The notes: generated by a model not told the origin, from the letters alone. A DNA stretch of 63,818 bases, filler included, from Salisapilia sapeloensis CBS 127946 (GCA_023334545.1; 9 parts of 9 records of this genome joined end to end with filler, not necessarily neighbours in it); one strand, 5' to 3'. Shown: positions 35,692 through 47,919, numbered from the whole stretch's first letter. Translations and numbers: made by a program.

Positions 35692-37415
35692 CTAGTATCT
35701 CCTCGGGGCCGTGAACTCCTTCGTCCACCGCTGCATGTCCACCGGATGCGACTCTTCCGTCGCACTCGAGTCCTCTGCCCATACTTTAATCGTCTTATCC
35801 GCTTCGCCAGTTAGATATCGTCTACCAGGACCATTAGTACTTGGCTCGTAACAGATACATAAAGACAGATACAATCCGGTTTTGTCAAACGTCGAGGCGT
35901 AGATACCAGCTTCACTGTCCAGCGAGCCTGGCTGGGCCTTGGTCACTTCGTCCTGGAAACAGTAGCCTGTGCGATAGTCCCAGAACCGGAGTGACCCATT
36001 GTCTCCGCCAGTCGCCAGCACGCCGTCCTCGTTAATCGCTGCCGTGTTCAGCACCGCATTGTGCCCCGTAAAGTTACGCAGGAACTTGCCTTCCTTGGCT
36101 CCCCACTTCTTCACATTATCCGCTGCAGCAGACGCGAATGTGTGATCTACAGGAGACATGGTCAACGCACGCACCGACTTCTTATGGTTCGTCAGCGTCG
36201 TCATCGCCTTCCCTGCCGCTAGATCCCACAACTAGATTTCTATCCGTCAGACCAAGTCCTGCTAGAGCTAACAAAAGATAAACTACCTTGATTGTGCTGT
36301 CACTCGACCCTGTAATCACCTGCGGATCCGTACCCTGCGTCTCCGTTGCCCAGACAGTACCTTGGTGTCCGCCAAGCACATGCACCTGATTCTTCGTCCG
36401 CATATCCCACACACGAGCGACGGCGTCCCGACCGCCTGTCACGAGCACATCGAGCGTCGGGTGGATCTTGAGACTAAACACGCCCGAGAGATGGCCGTGG
36501 TAGCTCCGGATCACCTTGTTGTACTCGAGATCCCAGCCTACGCCACACACGCATGAGGATCGCTATCAAGTCGAAATTGACAGAACACGTACACAAGACT
36601 TTCTTGTCTTCTCCGGCCGAGAACAAGTACGGATGTCGAGGACTCACTTCCAGACCTCGAATGGCGTTGATGTGGCCTGTTAGTGTCAGCTTCAGCTGGC
36701 CGGACGCCAAGTCCCAGACCTACTAGACGTTTAAACCTCTTGCTGTTTGTATGTGATGCTTGCGACGTACCTTGATCGTACGATCGGCGGATCCAGTCAC
36801 GAACCAGTCGTTTGTCGGATCCACTGCGATGCTACGGACCCATCCAAGGTGTCCAGAGATCACACGCTTCAGTTTCCATGGCGCGTGCCACTTGGGTTTG
36901 GGCACTTGCGTCGCACGCCGACGGACGATCGCTGCACCTGTGCCATACTGCTCCGGGATTTTAGTCGTCAAGGCTTGAGACGGCTGTGTGGAGGAGTCAG
37001 GAGACGATTTATCGCCATTATGGGCGACGAGTGCCGTAGACTCTTGTCCATTGGACGCCTTCATCCGCTTCTTCGGCCGTGTCTCTGCCTGTGCTGCGAC
37101 CTGAGACAGCATCGAGTCGCTGTTTTCTTGTGTTGGTTCCTCCGTCGACTCTGTCTCGGCCTCAGCAACCTTTTCATCCAGCAACGATTCCGGTAGACCC
37201 ATGTAACTATCTCGATACTTGGTCGAGAGCTTCACTTTTTTGCTAGCCATTCCGTCAGTCCTCCTGCTACACTCTACCTGCTACATCACAAAGTACCTCG
37301 GTTCAAACTCAAGCGACGAAGAGCTTTGTTTCGACGAGGCGAACATCTCGGCTGTGCGAAGCACCGAGTGCTCCATCGCCTGCGTCGCGTCCGTCGTACT
37401 CGCCTCGGAGCTCAT
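35692..37415 (-). CDS. PLRG1: Pleiotropic regulator 1 (Prp46) WD40 splicing factor, multi-exon
   Basis: [39 protein letters not shown]. Extra first exon (37415-37297, SVLRTAEMF) joined by a 33-nt intron at 37264-37296. Confidence 0.95.
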
Positions 37416-37537
37416 TCGCACTTGTGGTGTCTGACGTAGTTTAGCTCATGTGTAAAATAATGAAAAGGATAAATAGACCAATTGCGACCGATGACAGCAC
37501 CGTGTTTGGCAAAACGAGAGACCGAGCTCCTAGGAAT

Positions 37538-39025
37538 ATGCGGCGGACGGGTACCAGTTTCTGGCAATCAGCTAGACAATTCTCCTCCAAGTACTTGTTT
37601 TTATCAAATTTACTTTCCAACTAGTGTATATGATGCTTATATTGTCTATGCAGTGGACATGTGGGGTTATCGATGCACGAGATACGGGAAATCGCCAAAG
37701 CACCACCGACACCATTGTCGCTACAGCAGATGAAGCTGTACGCTGACTCTGGTGATAAACTCCGTATCCACAGCGCCCAATTCCTCCATCATGAACTACG
37801 ACTACGATTCGCTAGGTAAATTCTACTCGATTGTCAAGCACGACAGGGAGTTCATATCCTCGTGGCTGTATCATATAGAGCTATCGTAGAGCTCACGGAC
37901 CTCCCGATCGGATTGGGAGAAACATATTCCGTAAAGAAAGCAATAGACGTCTACGCTGGTCTGCTCGACCAGATTTCCAAGCGAGATGCTCCGACTACAC
38001 TGGTATGTCTTCTCCTATCTTCCATCTCACCCGGATACCTAACGACTATGACACAGGAGGACGATGTCGAATTCACCAAGAAACTAGCGAATGCGAAGAA
38101 AGCAGCCACCAACCTCGTGCCACTCATCTGCGGCAGTCTACGGGAGATCCGACAGACCGATTTAGGCAACAGCGCGCTTATGCTGACCGAAGTGCAGGAC
38201 GACATTCGCGACCGACTGGACACATTCTTCCTCACGCGTCTTGGCATCCGACTCCTCATCGGACAGCACGTAGAGTCCATGAACGGAGGCACCGGTCGCG
38301 TTAAACTCGTCGATGTCGAAGATACGATCCAAGAGGCCGTCAGTCGTGCCAAGACGCTGTGTGAAAAGTACCTCGGCGAAGCTCCGAGTGTCGACATTCG
38401 CTTCGGAGCAAACACCAAGGCGCCGTTCATGTACGTCGAGTCCCACCTGCATCACATGGTCTTTGAGATCATCAAGAACGCCATGCAAGCGACCGTCGTG
38501 CACCATCGAGGCATGCAGGAGCGAGCTTCCGGGCCGCTCAATCGCGTCCAGAACGTCATGGACAACAACAGCAGGCTGCTCGGATTCTACCTGCCGTCCG
38601 TAGACGAAGTGCAGGGCGTGACGATCTATCCGGACGTGAGCAAGTACCGAACAAGAGGACAACTCCCGCCTATTGACATGGTCGTGTGCCAAGGACAGGA
38701 AGACCTGGCTGTCAAGATCTCGGACGAAGGTGGAGGTGTCCAACGAAGCAAATGGGATAAGCTCTGGCGGTATGACTACTCGACGAGTCCGCCGTACCCT
38801 CCGCCAGGTGAGTACGGCCACCACAGTTTCCGAGAACACTTTGCAGGCGGAGGCTACGGTCTACCGATCTCTCGTCTCTTTGCTCGTTACTTTGGTGGAG
38901 AAGTGACGTTCACATCGCTCGAAGGCACAGGCTCGAACGTCTTCCTCCAAGTACCTCGTCTCGGCGTCCAGACGGAGCTCGTGCCAGGCCATGAGAACTT
39001 CCATCTGCAACCGCTACGTGCATGA
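37538..39025 (+). CDS. Mitochondrial pyruvate/branched-chain keto acid dehydrogenase kinase-like protein
   Basis: Presequence MRRTGTSFWQSARQFSS; PTPLSLQQM, SAQFLHHEL, RLGIRLLIGQH, FEIIKNAM, ISDEGGG, GYGLPISRLFARYFGG; three introns. Confidence 0.9.
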
Positions 39026-39077
39026 ACTAGGTGCTAGGAATTGTTTTGAATAAAGAAACGTGCATTTGTCGAGAGAA

Positions 39078-42000
39078 CTAGTGGTCGAACATGCGCAAAG
39101 TCACGAGCAAGTCTTGTTGCTGGTACGACAGTCGGGTCTTGTACGCGCCAATCGCAGCTTCGATCGTCCCGTTCACGCGGACTAAGAGACCGGAGACGGC
39201 TGTGTGGTAAAAGGCCGAGATGGCTTCGGGGGACAAGAGCGAGTTGATGTCTGCACTCATGCACTTGTTCTTTGCGCCTGGGCAGAGGTTGGTGCACTTG
39301 TTTCCTTCACAGCAGGACATGCAGCCTCTGCTCGATGGTGGGATGCTGATCGGATCAAAGACCGGAGGTTTGACGTGAGCTAAGGAAGTGTTGTAGTACT
39401 TGTGACAGACAAGGACACCGGCCTCTGTCGTCTGCTCTTCACAAGGGTACATGACGAGGTCCGTGTGGAGGATCGTGATCTCCTGTCGGAACGGATTGCG
39501 GACCTTGAGAGCAGTCGGGATCTCCAACAAGTGCAGTAGAGGCGGACTGAAGAGGACGGAAGATGTGACTAGAGTTGGCGTCTCGGGGAACATTTGCGCC
39601 AGCGTCGGTAGTCTAGACGAGATGTGGAGAGCGTTGAGAGCTGGTTGTAGGAGATCTAATGGAGTACTTGCGGTAGAGCCTTGGATGGCAATCTCCTGCG
39701 CCTGACCGTGCGTAAAGTATCCGCTGACAAAGTTGGACAAGAACGTTTCTGCTGCTTTCGTACTAGCACTCTCGGGGAAGAAGACAAAGGTACCTTCCAG
39801 TCGTGTTTCTTGATGACAACACTTTAAAGCAAAGGATCGAATAGAAGCAAGTCCCATGGAGAAACCTTGCGAGAGAACAGTTAGCTCCAGTGGACCCAAG
39901 GACACGGCCGTCGCAGACGGATTGACGATCGAAAACGACATGCTCATCGTCATCTGAGACGACGTGCTGCCGATGATATCGATATGACGCACTCTCACCG
40001 GTGGATCCTCGAAAGAGTTCATGCCAGTAACCTCCGGATCGCCTTGGATCGGAATATCCGACAACGGAAGTATCCCCATGCGCGTCGTAACGTACGGGAA
40101 GGCGCCATCTCCAGGTCGATTGGACGTTAGATGCAGTGGGACACTGCCACGCGCAGTGATGAGAGACGATATGAACGTCTGCATCGCATGCACTTGCGTC
40201 GTGCTATCAAACACCATCGGATAATGGTTCCTCATATTCAATCGGAAGGCACCTCCTGCCGACTGATTAAAGAAACACTGCTCTCGATCGGACCGGAGGC
40301 TGCCCATGACGAGATGCTGACGATCCGACAGCTCCAGCGCGACGGAGACATTCGATATATCGAACGGGATACGGATACTAGGTGGCATCTTCACGACAGC
40401 ACTCAAGTCTGTGCTCACGAGCATTTGCGTATTCGTCTTGGACGACAGACCGTCCTTCCTCTGGTGAAAGACTACATCTAATTTATTCATATGATAGTCC
40501 GAGATGAGCTGGAAGCCAGAGTGGACGCCTGGGAAGACTGTCGAGATGTTTACTCCGACGATACCGTCGTGCATCCACGCACAGTCCGGAAATGCTGTCG
40601 ACTCGATCGTCGCGACAAGTGTAGACGCTTGTCCACGTAGGTATTTGGAAAAGAAACTACTAACTGCATCACTCACTCGTCCTCGACTATCTACTGCTGG
40701 CGCTAAGACGCCACGGAAGGACAAGTCGTTCGTTGCTGGAGCCAAGGACATACTACCATCTATCTGTCCGAACATTTCGAGCGGATGGGAAAGCGCTAGA
40801 CTAATACCTATCTTGCCTAGACGAACGGAAAAGATCGACGGATTCCATATCGAGATACGAGCATCCATGGCTTCACCGACGACTGTCGACGGGTTTCCTG
40901 GCAGGTGGAAGTTATCGACTGACACGTTGTCCAGACCGCCCATGCCGTCCAGATTTGATGTGATGTTCATCGGTAGGCCTCGAAGCTGTAGTCTTCCTGC
41001 AGTCAGAACGACGCATTAAAAATACATGAAAGGGGATAAGAGTAACTAGTAGCTACCTAGAGCGCCATGCGCAACGACGTTGACTCGCCCTTGGACCTTA
41101 AGGCTCACCTGGGCATGCAGGATCGACTGCCGGACGAACGCACCGAAGGGAACGCCTCGATGTGCCAACGTCATCTCGGCAGAGCAGTTCACAGAGATGT
41201 TGCTCGTCTCCACCAGCCTCCCATCCAGTATCTCGACACTCTCCGTCGATAACATTCCCATATACTTCTCCTCGTCTCCTTCCACAGCATACAGACCGAC
41301 ATTCATGTCCATGCTGGACAGCAGGAGACTAGATCCTGGACCGAGTGGACTATGCGCCTCTACCTGTACGACCGTCTGCAATCCCACAGCTTCATTCTCT
41401 CTACCTTTCTCTGGCGTTTGCAGATCGATCGCTTGGAAGTGCATACGGCCTAGAAGCGGATCTTCCTGCGGTGGTAACGTCGCTGGGATCTCCAAGTCAT
41501 GCATCGCAGCGTCGTATATCGAGATGGACGTGGCATGCGATGAGCAAGGGACAACTGTAAGCTCTGCAGGCGTGTGACTAAGGTACTTGGAGATAAGATC
41601 GCTGATAGCTATTGCATTCGTCCCGACCATTTCTCCCTCCAGTTCTAGCAAGTTGTATCCTGTCGATCCATACGCAGTGCAGAGCGAATGCGATTTGTCA
41701 TCTTTCGAGACGGAGATGGAAGTAGTTGGAGAAGAGGATAGATGCGCAACAAGGTTACTAGTTTCAGAGGTAGGATGATAGGCATGTAGACAGAGACGCC
41801 CGACTGGACGGAGGGTGCTGATAGAAGGGTTATAAAGACACGTTTGGATCGACGCGAGGACAGACGTCTCGGTCGATCGCGTCATGTCGATCGACGCGAT
41901 ATCCATCTTGCGTAGCCCACGCATGCCAGCAAATGACAAGACCTTTCGAAGTGGTACATCCGTCGCGTGGAAATGCACGAGACCAAAGACACTCACTTGG

Positions 42001-42509
42001 ATGTCTAATGCACCTCGGATCTCGTACTTGACCTTGTCTTGCTGCATCATACCTCGAGCCAATTCTGTCCATGCAGTCATATTGGCAATTTCAAGCGTCG
42101 AGTTGTGGAAATACTGGTCATTCGAACCATACTTGATCGTCATGTCCGGCGCAGCAAACACACCGACCTCATGCTCATCGTAGTAAAGAGACAAATTCGA
42201 CGGCCCGACGAGTGCTTTGAACGGTGATGAGGATCCAATGGACAATTCAATGTCCAGATTGACACTATCACTCGTCGGCTGACTCAGGCCCATGCGGTTG
42301 ATGGCCATGTCCGTCGCTGCGATGGATCTCTTGGCGATTCTCCCGACTTGGCTTGCCACCACCAAGCCAAGGACCAGTAAAATCGTGAGCACAAACGCCG
42401 TAACAGCTAAACCTATGCGTATAGTACGCTTCCACGACCTCGGTCGTGTCTCCTGCCAGCCCGCATTGGGCAGCAAAGGCTCCTCGACTTGCCTCCTCTC
42501 ATCCTCCAT
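39078..42509 (-). CDS. DUF3712 / LEA_2-like repeat membrane-anchored protein (Tag1-like), two exons
   Basis: N-terminal TM, then repeated modules (NPSISTL, WNPSIFSVRLG, VNPSATAVSLGPL, RNPF). Intron GTAGCT..CTGCAG (~40990-41058) joins the two long ORFs in frame. Confidence 0.78.
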
Positions 42510-42617
42510 CTTGTTATCAGGGCCAAAAGGATAGATACAGATATGTTGCGATTTGTATAGGCACGATGCTTGTCAAGTTGTAAAGATAGATACGCATAAG
42601 ATCAGCAGTGCGTCCCG

Positions 42618-43500
42618 ATGCGAGCAGCTCCAGTGCTCCTCGCTGTGCTTATATGGCTCTTGTGTGCTACCATTAACGCCGATGAAGACAAAGAGACTGC
42701 AACAGTATACATGTTAAATGGCGAGGAACGAGAGATTCCGATGAGCCAAGTGGAAGTCCTGGCGAGAAACCAGTTCGGGTCGCACCCGAAGAACGAGGAG
42801 ACGGAGGAAACGATAGAGCAGATGGAAAACCAGGACCCGTACCTGGCACTCCATATCCGTCTAGCAGATCACGCCTTTGCCGAGATCCAGAAGCGAGGGT
42901 ATGCTCAGGGCTACTTGCTTCAGGGCTTTAATGAAAAGTCGACGTCTCGCCCGTCGCCTCGAGCATCATCCAAGAGCAGTAGCAAGACCAAGAAGCCTCT
43001 AGTACAAGAGCAAGAGTATAGAGCCACATTGGTACTACAGGCTGTGATCGATCCAGACCATGCAGACCCCAAGACCGGAACAAGCGCCGCGAAAGTCAAG
43101 GACCCGCCTCCTCTTGTATCCTACGACGTCGACGTCTTTGTCGATGCGAATGGTACGTACAGGACTAGACAGAAGCAATATTATAGACTCAATAGCTCTT
43201 TCATTAGATGTTATCTCGCTCATGCGTGCGTGGGAGCTTTCGACTAAGGGTCAGCGCTGGAAGAAGCTGTCGATCGCTCCAAGCGGCGTTTATCAGGCAC
43301 GAGGCAAGTCACTTCGACAGCAGATGCTCGAGATCGGTATCACTCCCACCCACATACTAGCAGGCGGGATGGCCTTCCTGTGCATCGGAATCGTCGTGCT
43401 TTACAGCTCTCGTCCGACACCTCTCTCCGTTTATCGTGAGCAGACACGAGGCAAGACGGAAGGAGGAAGTCCATGGCAATTGGATAAGAAATATCAGTAA
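42618..43500 (+). CDS. Uncharacterised type I membrane protein, two exons
   Basis: Signal peptide MRAAPVLLAVLIWLLCATINA; intron GTACGT..AATAG; C-terminal TM ILAGGMAFLCIGIVVLY. Confidence 0.75.
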
Positions 43501-43513
43501 ATAAGAGAAACAG

Positions 43514-45547
43514 TTACTTGACTTCTTGTTCATACGATGCAGATGCAGATGCAGACACCTCTCGGATGCCATTGCTCGACACCAGCACACAGTCCGTGAC
43601 GGCAGCGCTGCCCATCTCGGCCACTTCAACGTAGAAACTGTCGTTCGAGACGATCGTCTGAGGAGCCGAGTGGATGACCGCAAAGCCTCCAGCAGCATAA
43701 ATTTGTTCCACTCGATCCGCCTGCACCTCTCGGACGTTCCACGTCGTACACAATAAGCACGCGTACAGCTCCATGCGCTCCATCGAGTCCATATACGCAT
43801 GCGAGTAGTGTGAAATGCCACTGCATCGAGTGCAGAGGCAGTAGGACATGGGAAAATACGTCCGAGTGAGCCACTTTTCCAGCGTCTGGAGCAATCGATT
43901 CAGTAGCGTCGTCTCCGAGACGTAGTACGTCACGTACTCGTCGTCCTTGAGCTCCACTTGGACCACCTTTCGCTGCGGACTGCAGCCAAAGGCGAGGATA
44001 TCAGATCTCCGGCGCTCGATCTGTACTGGTTTGGAGCCACCCACATCCTGTACGCCGATAGACTCGATCAACAGACCGTTGGCGATCTCCAGTCGAGCGA
44101 GAGCATTGCTACTACCAAAATTCAAATGATGCGTCTCCTGCGTCTTCTCCGAAAGTGCCAAGCGGATGTTATGACCGCGAGGCTGGTACGAGTAGGGCGT
44201 CACTTCGACAAAGTCATCTCCGATGGAGCTCCCTTGGGTTGACACACTTTCATCTCGACTCTGCAAATACTCATCCACTGTTAAGACGTGAGATATCTGT
44301 TTCTCCATCCCGACGGATGTTTCTGTCGTATGAGAAGTCATCATGGTCGATAGGGTAGACGGAGGATCATACACTTCACGTAGCTGTGGACGGACACAAG
44401 ATGTCTGCATCGTCAAGCTCGGATACTGCGTTACAGACTCTGGTTTACTACTCTTACTATCGACTTGGATGAAACTAGAAGAGTACACGGGTGGACGACC
44501 CCACTTGTCGCTTCTATCTGGCGATCGGGAGAGCTGCCGTCGCTCGCTCATACTTGACAGCTCCGGTTCGTCCCATGGCAAGTCGTCCAACTCGACCATC
44601 TCGCCGACGTAGAAGAGCACTTCGCGACGATAATCCGGCCGGATAGAGATCGGATTGCCCATCAACCGAAGCCGACGCAAGTCTGACAAGCTGCCGAGTC
44701 GTTCGAGCTGCGAGACAGTCGACACGAGGTTGTGTGCCAGCCCAAGGACGCGGACACCACCTAACTCATCGATCCCTTGTAGAGACTCGATGCGATTCAT
44801 AGCTAGTTCGAGACGTAAGAGGTGTGGTAGAGTAGAGAGTGAAGTAGGCAAGACGGATAGACGATTGTGGTTGAGTCGTATGACTTGTAAGGAAGGAGGC
44901 AGGTGGGAGACGGAGATGGACGTGATGGCGTTCCAGCCGAGATCCAACTCACGGAGGAACGTGAGGCCGTGGATACTAGCGTCCACACTTTGTAGACGGC
45001 AGCGGTTTAAACGCAGCAGCTCCAGACAAGGCCATGCTGCGTCCTCCTTTGGGCATAGGAGCGCTTGGAGTGAAGCGACGTCCGCTTTCTCCACTCGCAA
45101 AAGCTGCAGCTGTCGAGCATGGCAATGCACGTTCTTGACTTTACAGGATACTATCTCTAACGCTCGGAGCGAAGGGAAGATGGCGAGATCAGCTTCTGGC
45201 GGACTGTCCTGCGAGGCAGGTCGCTGGACGACTCGGAGGCACCGGACTTCCCGCAGCATCGTGGACAGTTTTAGCAGGTGAATGTAGTCACTTGGCTTTT
45301 TCGAGGACGATGCAGTTGTCGGAGACTGCTGGATCGTCCATGCTTGCACGAGTCCAGTGTCTGCGTCACGCTTCGGTTCCAGCACTTGCTCCAATCGGCG
45401 CGAGACGTACGTGATTTGGGCCGACGAGAGCTCAATATACTCGTTTTCGAGTTCATCCATCCGGTCGTGTAATAGTGCCATGAAATCCTTTACGAAATCC
45501 TCACCTTGGAGTGCCTGAAGGCGCTGCACGACGCGCTGTGGCTCCAT
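43514..45547 (-). CDS. STK11IP/nischarin-like leucine-rich repeat protein
   Basis: DLAIFPSLRALEI, SDS22-like LRRs, LRRcap GNPISIRPDYR, C-terminal CxxC..CxxC. Confidence 0.7.
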   Translation of the reverse strand: MEPQRVVQRLQALQGEDFVKDFMALLHDRMDELENEYIELSSAQITYVSRRLEQVLEPKRDADTGLVQAWTIQQSPTTASSSKKPSDYIHLLKLSTMLREVRCLRVVQRPASQDSPPEADLAIFPSLRALEIVSCKVKNVHCHARQLQLLRVEKADVASLQALLCPKEDAAWPCLELLRLNRCRLQSVDASIHGLTFLRELDLGWNAITSISVSHLPPSLQVIRLNHNRLSVLPTSLSTLPHLLRLELAMNRIESLQGIDELGGVRVLGLAHNLVSTVSQLERLGSLSDLRRLRLMGNPISIRPDYRREVLFYVGEMVELDDLPWDEPELSSMSERRQLSRSPDRSDKWGRPPVYSSSFIQVDSKSSKPESVTQYPSLTMQTSCVRPQLREVYDPPSTLSTMMTSHTTETSVGMEKQISHVLTVDEYLQSRDESVSTQGSSIGDDFVEVTPYSYQPRGHNIRLALSEKTQETHHLNFGSSNALARLEIANGLLIESIGVQDVGGSKPVQIERRRSDILAFGCSPQRKVVQVELKDDEYVTYYVSETTLLNRLLQTLEKWLTRTYFPMSYCLCTRCSGISHYSHAYMDSMERMELYACLLCTTWNVREVQADRVEQIYAAGGFAVIHSAPQTIVSNDSFYVEVAEMGSAAVTDCVLVSSNGIREVSASASASYEQEVK

Positions 45548-46310
45548 GTCTTCTTTGTGTGTCTAGGATGGACGTGTACTGTCAAACGTCGTAGGATGGC
45601 TTTCGGCGGGAATTTCGTGGTACAGCCGTATCTAGTATGGCATGTACCCATCGTCTTGGTATATTCTACCCGTTGTTGAAGCTTGCAGTAGACGACGTAC
45701 TCGTGTGTGTGCTGTGTCTATATGCTAGAAGACATCTTTGGTAGCAATGCTAGCAAAGAGCAGTAGTGGAATCAGTCGTAAAACGTTTCTACCTTTTGTC
45801 GTCTTAGAGGTAAAAAGAATCTCGGGAATGACACAAGGAAGCTTTGAATGGAAAGTAGATGAGTGTGTTTCGTGATAGATGGAATGGATAAAGAGTCGAA
45901 TCAATCTCTGTCGTATCGTATGTAGTCTAGACCCAGAGCTTCCTCAGTCGCCGTTGAAGCGGCCTCTAGGTCTGCCTCCGACTCAGACTCAGACGTGGTA
46001 GGGTTTCGATTGGTGGCAACTTAGTCGGATAGTCAAGTCCAGTGACGGCGGAGGCATAGTGAATCCAAGTGCGTGAAAGGATCCAAGGCACTAGCTCCTT
46101 TCTCCAAGGAAGAAGAAGAACGTCGCGTCTCGAGCCGCCGTCTTCCCTTCACTCGACTATTAGCATTGGAGAATACGCGTAGGCCATCCTTCCCTCTCGT
46201 TGTGCCACCTTCGCTCGACGCCACACGACCTTTCGCTTCGTGCAGGCGACGAGCAGCAAGCACTTATCACGACGACAAACCGAGACACGAGCTCGAGTAG
46301 CACCGGGAGC

Positions 46311-46340
46311 CTTAGCAGCAGCAGTAGTAGCAGTAGCACC
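46311..46340 (+). repeat. AGC/AGT trinucleotide (poly-Ser) tract
   Basis: agcagcagcagtagtagcagtagc. Confidence 0.7.
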
Positions 46341-46466
46341 GCCGGGAGCCCGCTGCAGGAGTACGCAGCACACATCACGAACGACACGTCCTCGGCCACG
46401 CGCCGTGCTCGAGCTTCCGCAGGCACCACGAGCGAACGAGAAAAAAAGCTTCACTTGCGCTCAAGC

Positions 46467-47819
46467 ATGGACGCGCACTCGGCTGAAGCGCAGAAGCGAC
46501 GCAAGAAGAGTCAGGAGGAGTCGGCTGCAGCTGCGGCTGTCGGCGGACTGCCCGAAGACGCGCTGCTCTCGGACGACGAGCTAGAGCTCTACCAGGTCGT
46601 CCAGGACGACCTGCACACCAAGGCCACCGTCGGATGGCAGAACGCCGTACGGTCGCTCAACGCTGCGCTCGTGCATTTGAACTCGGACGAGACGCAGCGC
46701 TTCCTAGCCTACTCTTTGCCCAAGATCGTCAATATCATGCTCGACCAGCAGTACGTTCCTCTCGTATCCGTCACCTCTACCCACGTCCTAACGCATCTCA
46801 TAGCTCTAGTAAAATCGGCTCGGTAGAAAAGAACTGCGTCATCCAGACCCTATCTGTGTCCATCCGAGTCATCGTCGAGCAGCTACGCGCTGGTCGGCCG
46901 GCGCAGATGCTCGCGATCCTCGCCACCATCTTCAACAAGAAGCGTACCTTTTACAAAGACCTGCGTGCCTCACCTGCCATGATCGGAACCTACTGGAATA
47001 AGCTACCAGGATCACCAGAAGTCCGGTCGCAGTCTGTCGCGGCCTTTTGCGAACTCCAGGGCTTCCAGGCGCTCATACCGGCGTTGGAGCAGATGTTGCA
47101 GACACAAGAGACGGACAAGGAGCCACAGGATGCAAGCGCGAGTGAAGAAGATATGAACGAGACGCTGCTGGACTGTGAAGACTTGCGCGTCTTGCTCCAA
47201 GCGCTGCTAGAGTTCCGCAACTCGGTGCCCGAGACTGTGTCCACCAAGATCATGACGGTCGTGCTAGAGTACCTCACCAAGGTCCCGAAAGCCATGCTCA
47301 AGGACTCTCGTGACTCGATGGGCGCCATCCTGACCATGGCCCGACGCTTTGTCGACGCAGGTGTCGTCCCTTCCGATGCCATCACGAATTACTGGCTTGA
47401 GATCACGCAGCGATACGTCGAGTACGGGTCCCTCCCACCGCAGCTCTTCGGACTAGAGCAGCTGAACCAGATCGTCAACTTTGCTCGTGCGTCGCGACCG
47501 TTCCCGAAAGTGTACTTGGTCCAGCACGCCGGCACCGAGGTTGTCAACGGCGTCTACAAGCTCAAGCACGAGTCTGGATCGGCGACCTACACGCGTACGA
47601 GCAGCGAGACCGGGCAGGTCTTCACGCTCTTTTGCTGCACGATGAAGAGCGGACTCAAGTGGTGGTTCATCTCGGAGGCAGACAAGATGCAGCCAGGCTC
47701 TGACCAGGACATTGACTACTACCAGCACCAGTCGCAGTACGAAGAGTACCTCCCGCCGACGCACCACTGGGTCGTCACGGGGAAAGGAGAGGAGCCTCCA
47801 CCGGAGCTGTCGCCTGGTC
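46467..47819 (+). CDS. N-terminus of a large ubiquitin-specific protease (USP9/24/34-like), truncated by gap
   Basis: Frame open from 46200; intron after ..MLDQQ. Helical region WLEITQRY..LFGLEQLNQIV resembles USP34/9X N-terminal repeats. No catalytic domain is visible, so the family call is inferred. Confidence 0.5.
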
Positions 47820-47919
47820 NNNNNNNNNNNNNNNNNNNNNNNNNNNNNNNNNNNNNNNNNNNNTTAATTAATTAANNNNNNNNNNNNNNNNNNNNNNNNN
47901 NNNNNNNNNNNNNNNNNNN

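Noticed and set aside
37290-37320. GGTTCAAACTC as a tRNA T-loop
   Set aside because: No cloverleaf; it lies within PLRG1 exon 1 on the minus strand.
11524-42509. Apparent phosphoinositide/membrane-traffic cluster (INPP4 fusion, EMC4, ERGIC3, P5 ATPase, PX myosin, DUF3712)
   Set aside because: The genes lie on three different contigs among unrelated housekeeping genes; no evidence of linkage or co-regulation.
7600-47800. Many long antisense or alternate-frame ORFs (e.g. 27986-29395, 13143-14390, 15852-16787)
   Set aside because: Shadows of GC-rich coding genes with Arg/Ala/His-rich, non-protein-like composition.
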